This document shows, piece by piece, positions 63,249 through 64,000 of a DNA stretch of 64,000 nucleotides. The notes under the pieces were generated by a model. The model ran no database searches and was not told the origin of the DNA. It saw only the letters and a program-made list of their open reading frames with translations. Source of the DNA: Squalus acanthias (lineage: Eukaryota). How positions within the stretch are numbered: position 1 is the first letter of the stretch; the number at the start of each line of letters is the position of its first letter. The stretch spans positions 117,926,001-117,990,000 of the forward strand of contig CM059431.1 in assembly GCA_030390025.1 (NCBI GenBank), in the 5' to 3' direction. The position numbers and the translations under genes are program-made.

Positions 63249-64000
63249 CGAGGTCAAACTGACTGGCCTGATCTTTACACCCATTTATGAACAATGGTGT
63301 AACATTTACAATTCTCCAGTCCTCTGGCACCAGCCCCGTATCTAAGGAGGATTGGAATATTATGGCCAGTACCTCCGCGATTTCCGCCCTCAATTCCCTC
63401 AGCATCCTAGGATGCATCCCATCTGCTCCTGGTGATTTATCTACTTTGAGTACAGCCAACCTTTCTAATAGCTCCGCTTTATCAATTTTTATCCTATCAA
63501 GTATCTCCACTTCCTCCTCCTTTAATATATCTATGGCAGCATCCTCATCCTTGGTGAAGACAGATGCAAAGTACTCGTTTGGTACCTCAGCCATACCCTC
63601 TGCCTCCATGCGTAGGTCTCCTTTTTGGTCCCTAATCAGCCCCACCCCTCCTCTTACTACCCTTTTACTATTTATATGCCTGTAGAAGACTTTTGGATTA
63701 CCTTTTATGTTGGTTGCCATTCTATTCTCACACCCTCTCTTTGCCTCTCTTATTTTCTTATTCACTTCTCCTCTGACCTTTCTATATATAGCCTGATTCT
63801 CAGATGTATTTGCAACCTGATATCTGTCATACGTGCTCTTTTTCAGCTTCATCATATTCTCTATTTCTTTCGTCATCCAGGGAGCCCTGACTTTAGTTGC
63901 CCTGCCTTTCCCCCTAGTGGGAATATACCTCAACTGTACCTGAACTATTTTCACTTTAAAGGCAGCCCATTGTTCCATTACAGTTTTGCCTGCCAATTTT

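Larger units (their letters stand above)
59051..64000 (-). mobile_element. CR1-type LINE split by two solo LTRs
   Basis: ORFs 59338-59580, 61467-61745 (PQGS, FADDTKL), 61749-61958 and 63244-63996 are colinear; ATAGAATC tail at 59051. Confidence 0.92.

Overview
Gene-free, repeat-dense vertebrate genomic DNA, most likely from a cartilaginous fish (shark or ray), judged by an HE1-like V-SINE, Deu-type SINEs, CR1 and L2 LINEs and Penelope elements. No host protein-coding exon could be supported. The highlight is an endogenous foamy (spuma) retrovirus at 7203-13903. It has 1.45 kb LTRs about 96-97% identical, a 4-bp TTGG target-site duplication, a tRNA-Lys1,2-type PBS, and foamy-like Gag N-terminus, protease, RNase H and integrase. 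The Gag capsid region, the RT polymerase core and env are missing, leaving a compact genome that resembles an engineered foamy vector. It keeps a structured leader, an unknown accessory-like ORF and a hairpin cluster before the PPT, and it is nested in a decayed Harbinger transposon. The window also holds a near-intact two-gene Harbinger element (32735-38278) with a deletion derivative, several MITEs, Penelope elements with minimal hammerhead ribozymes, a BovB-like RTE, four solo LTRs, a truncated second ERV and a 15-bp minisatellite. All protein comparisons were made by eye from remembered family motifs, not by database search.
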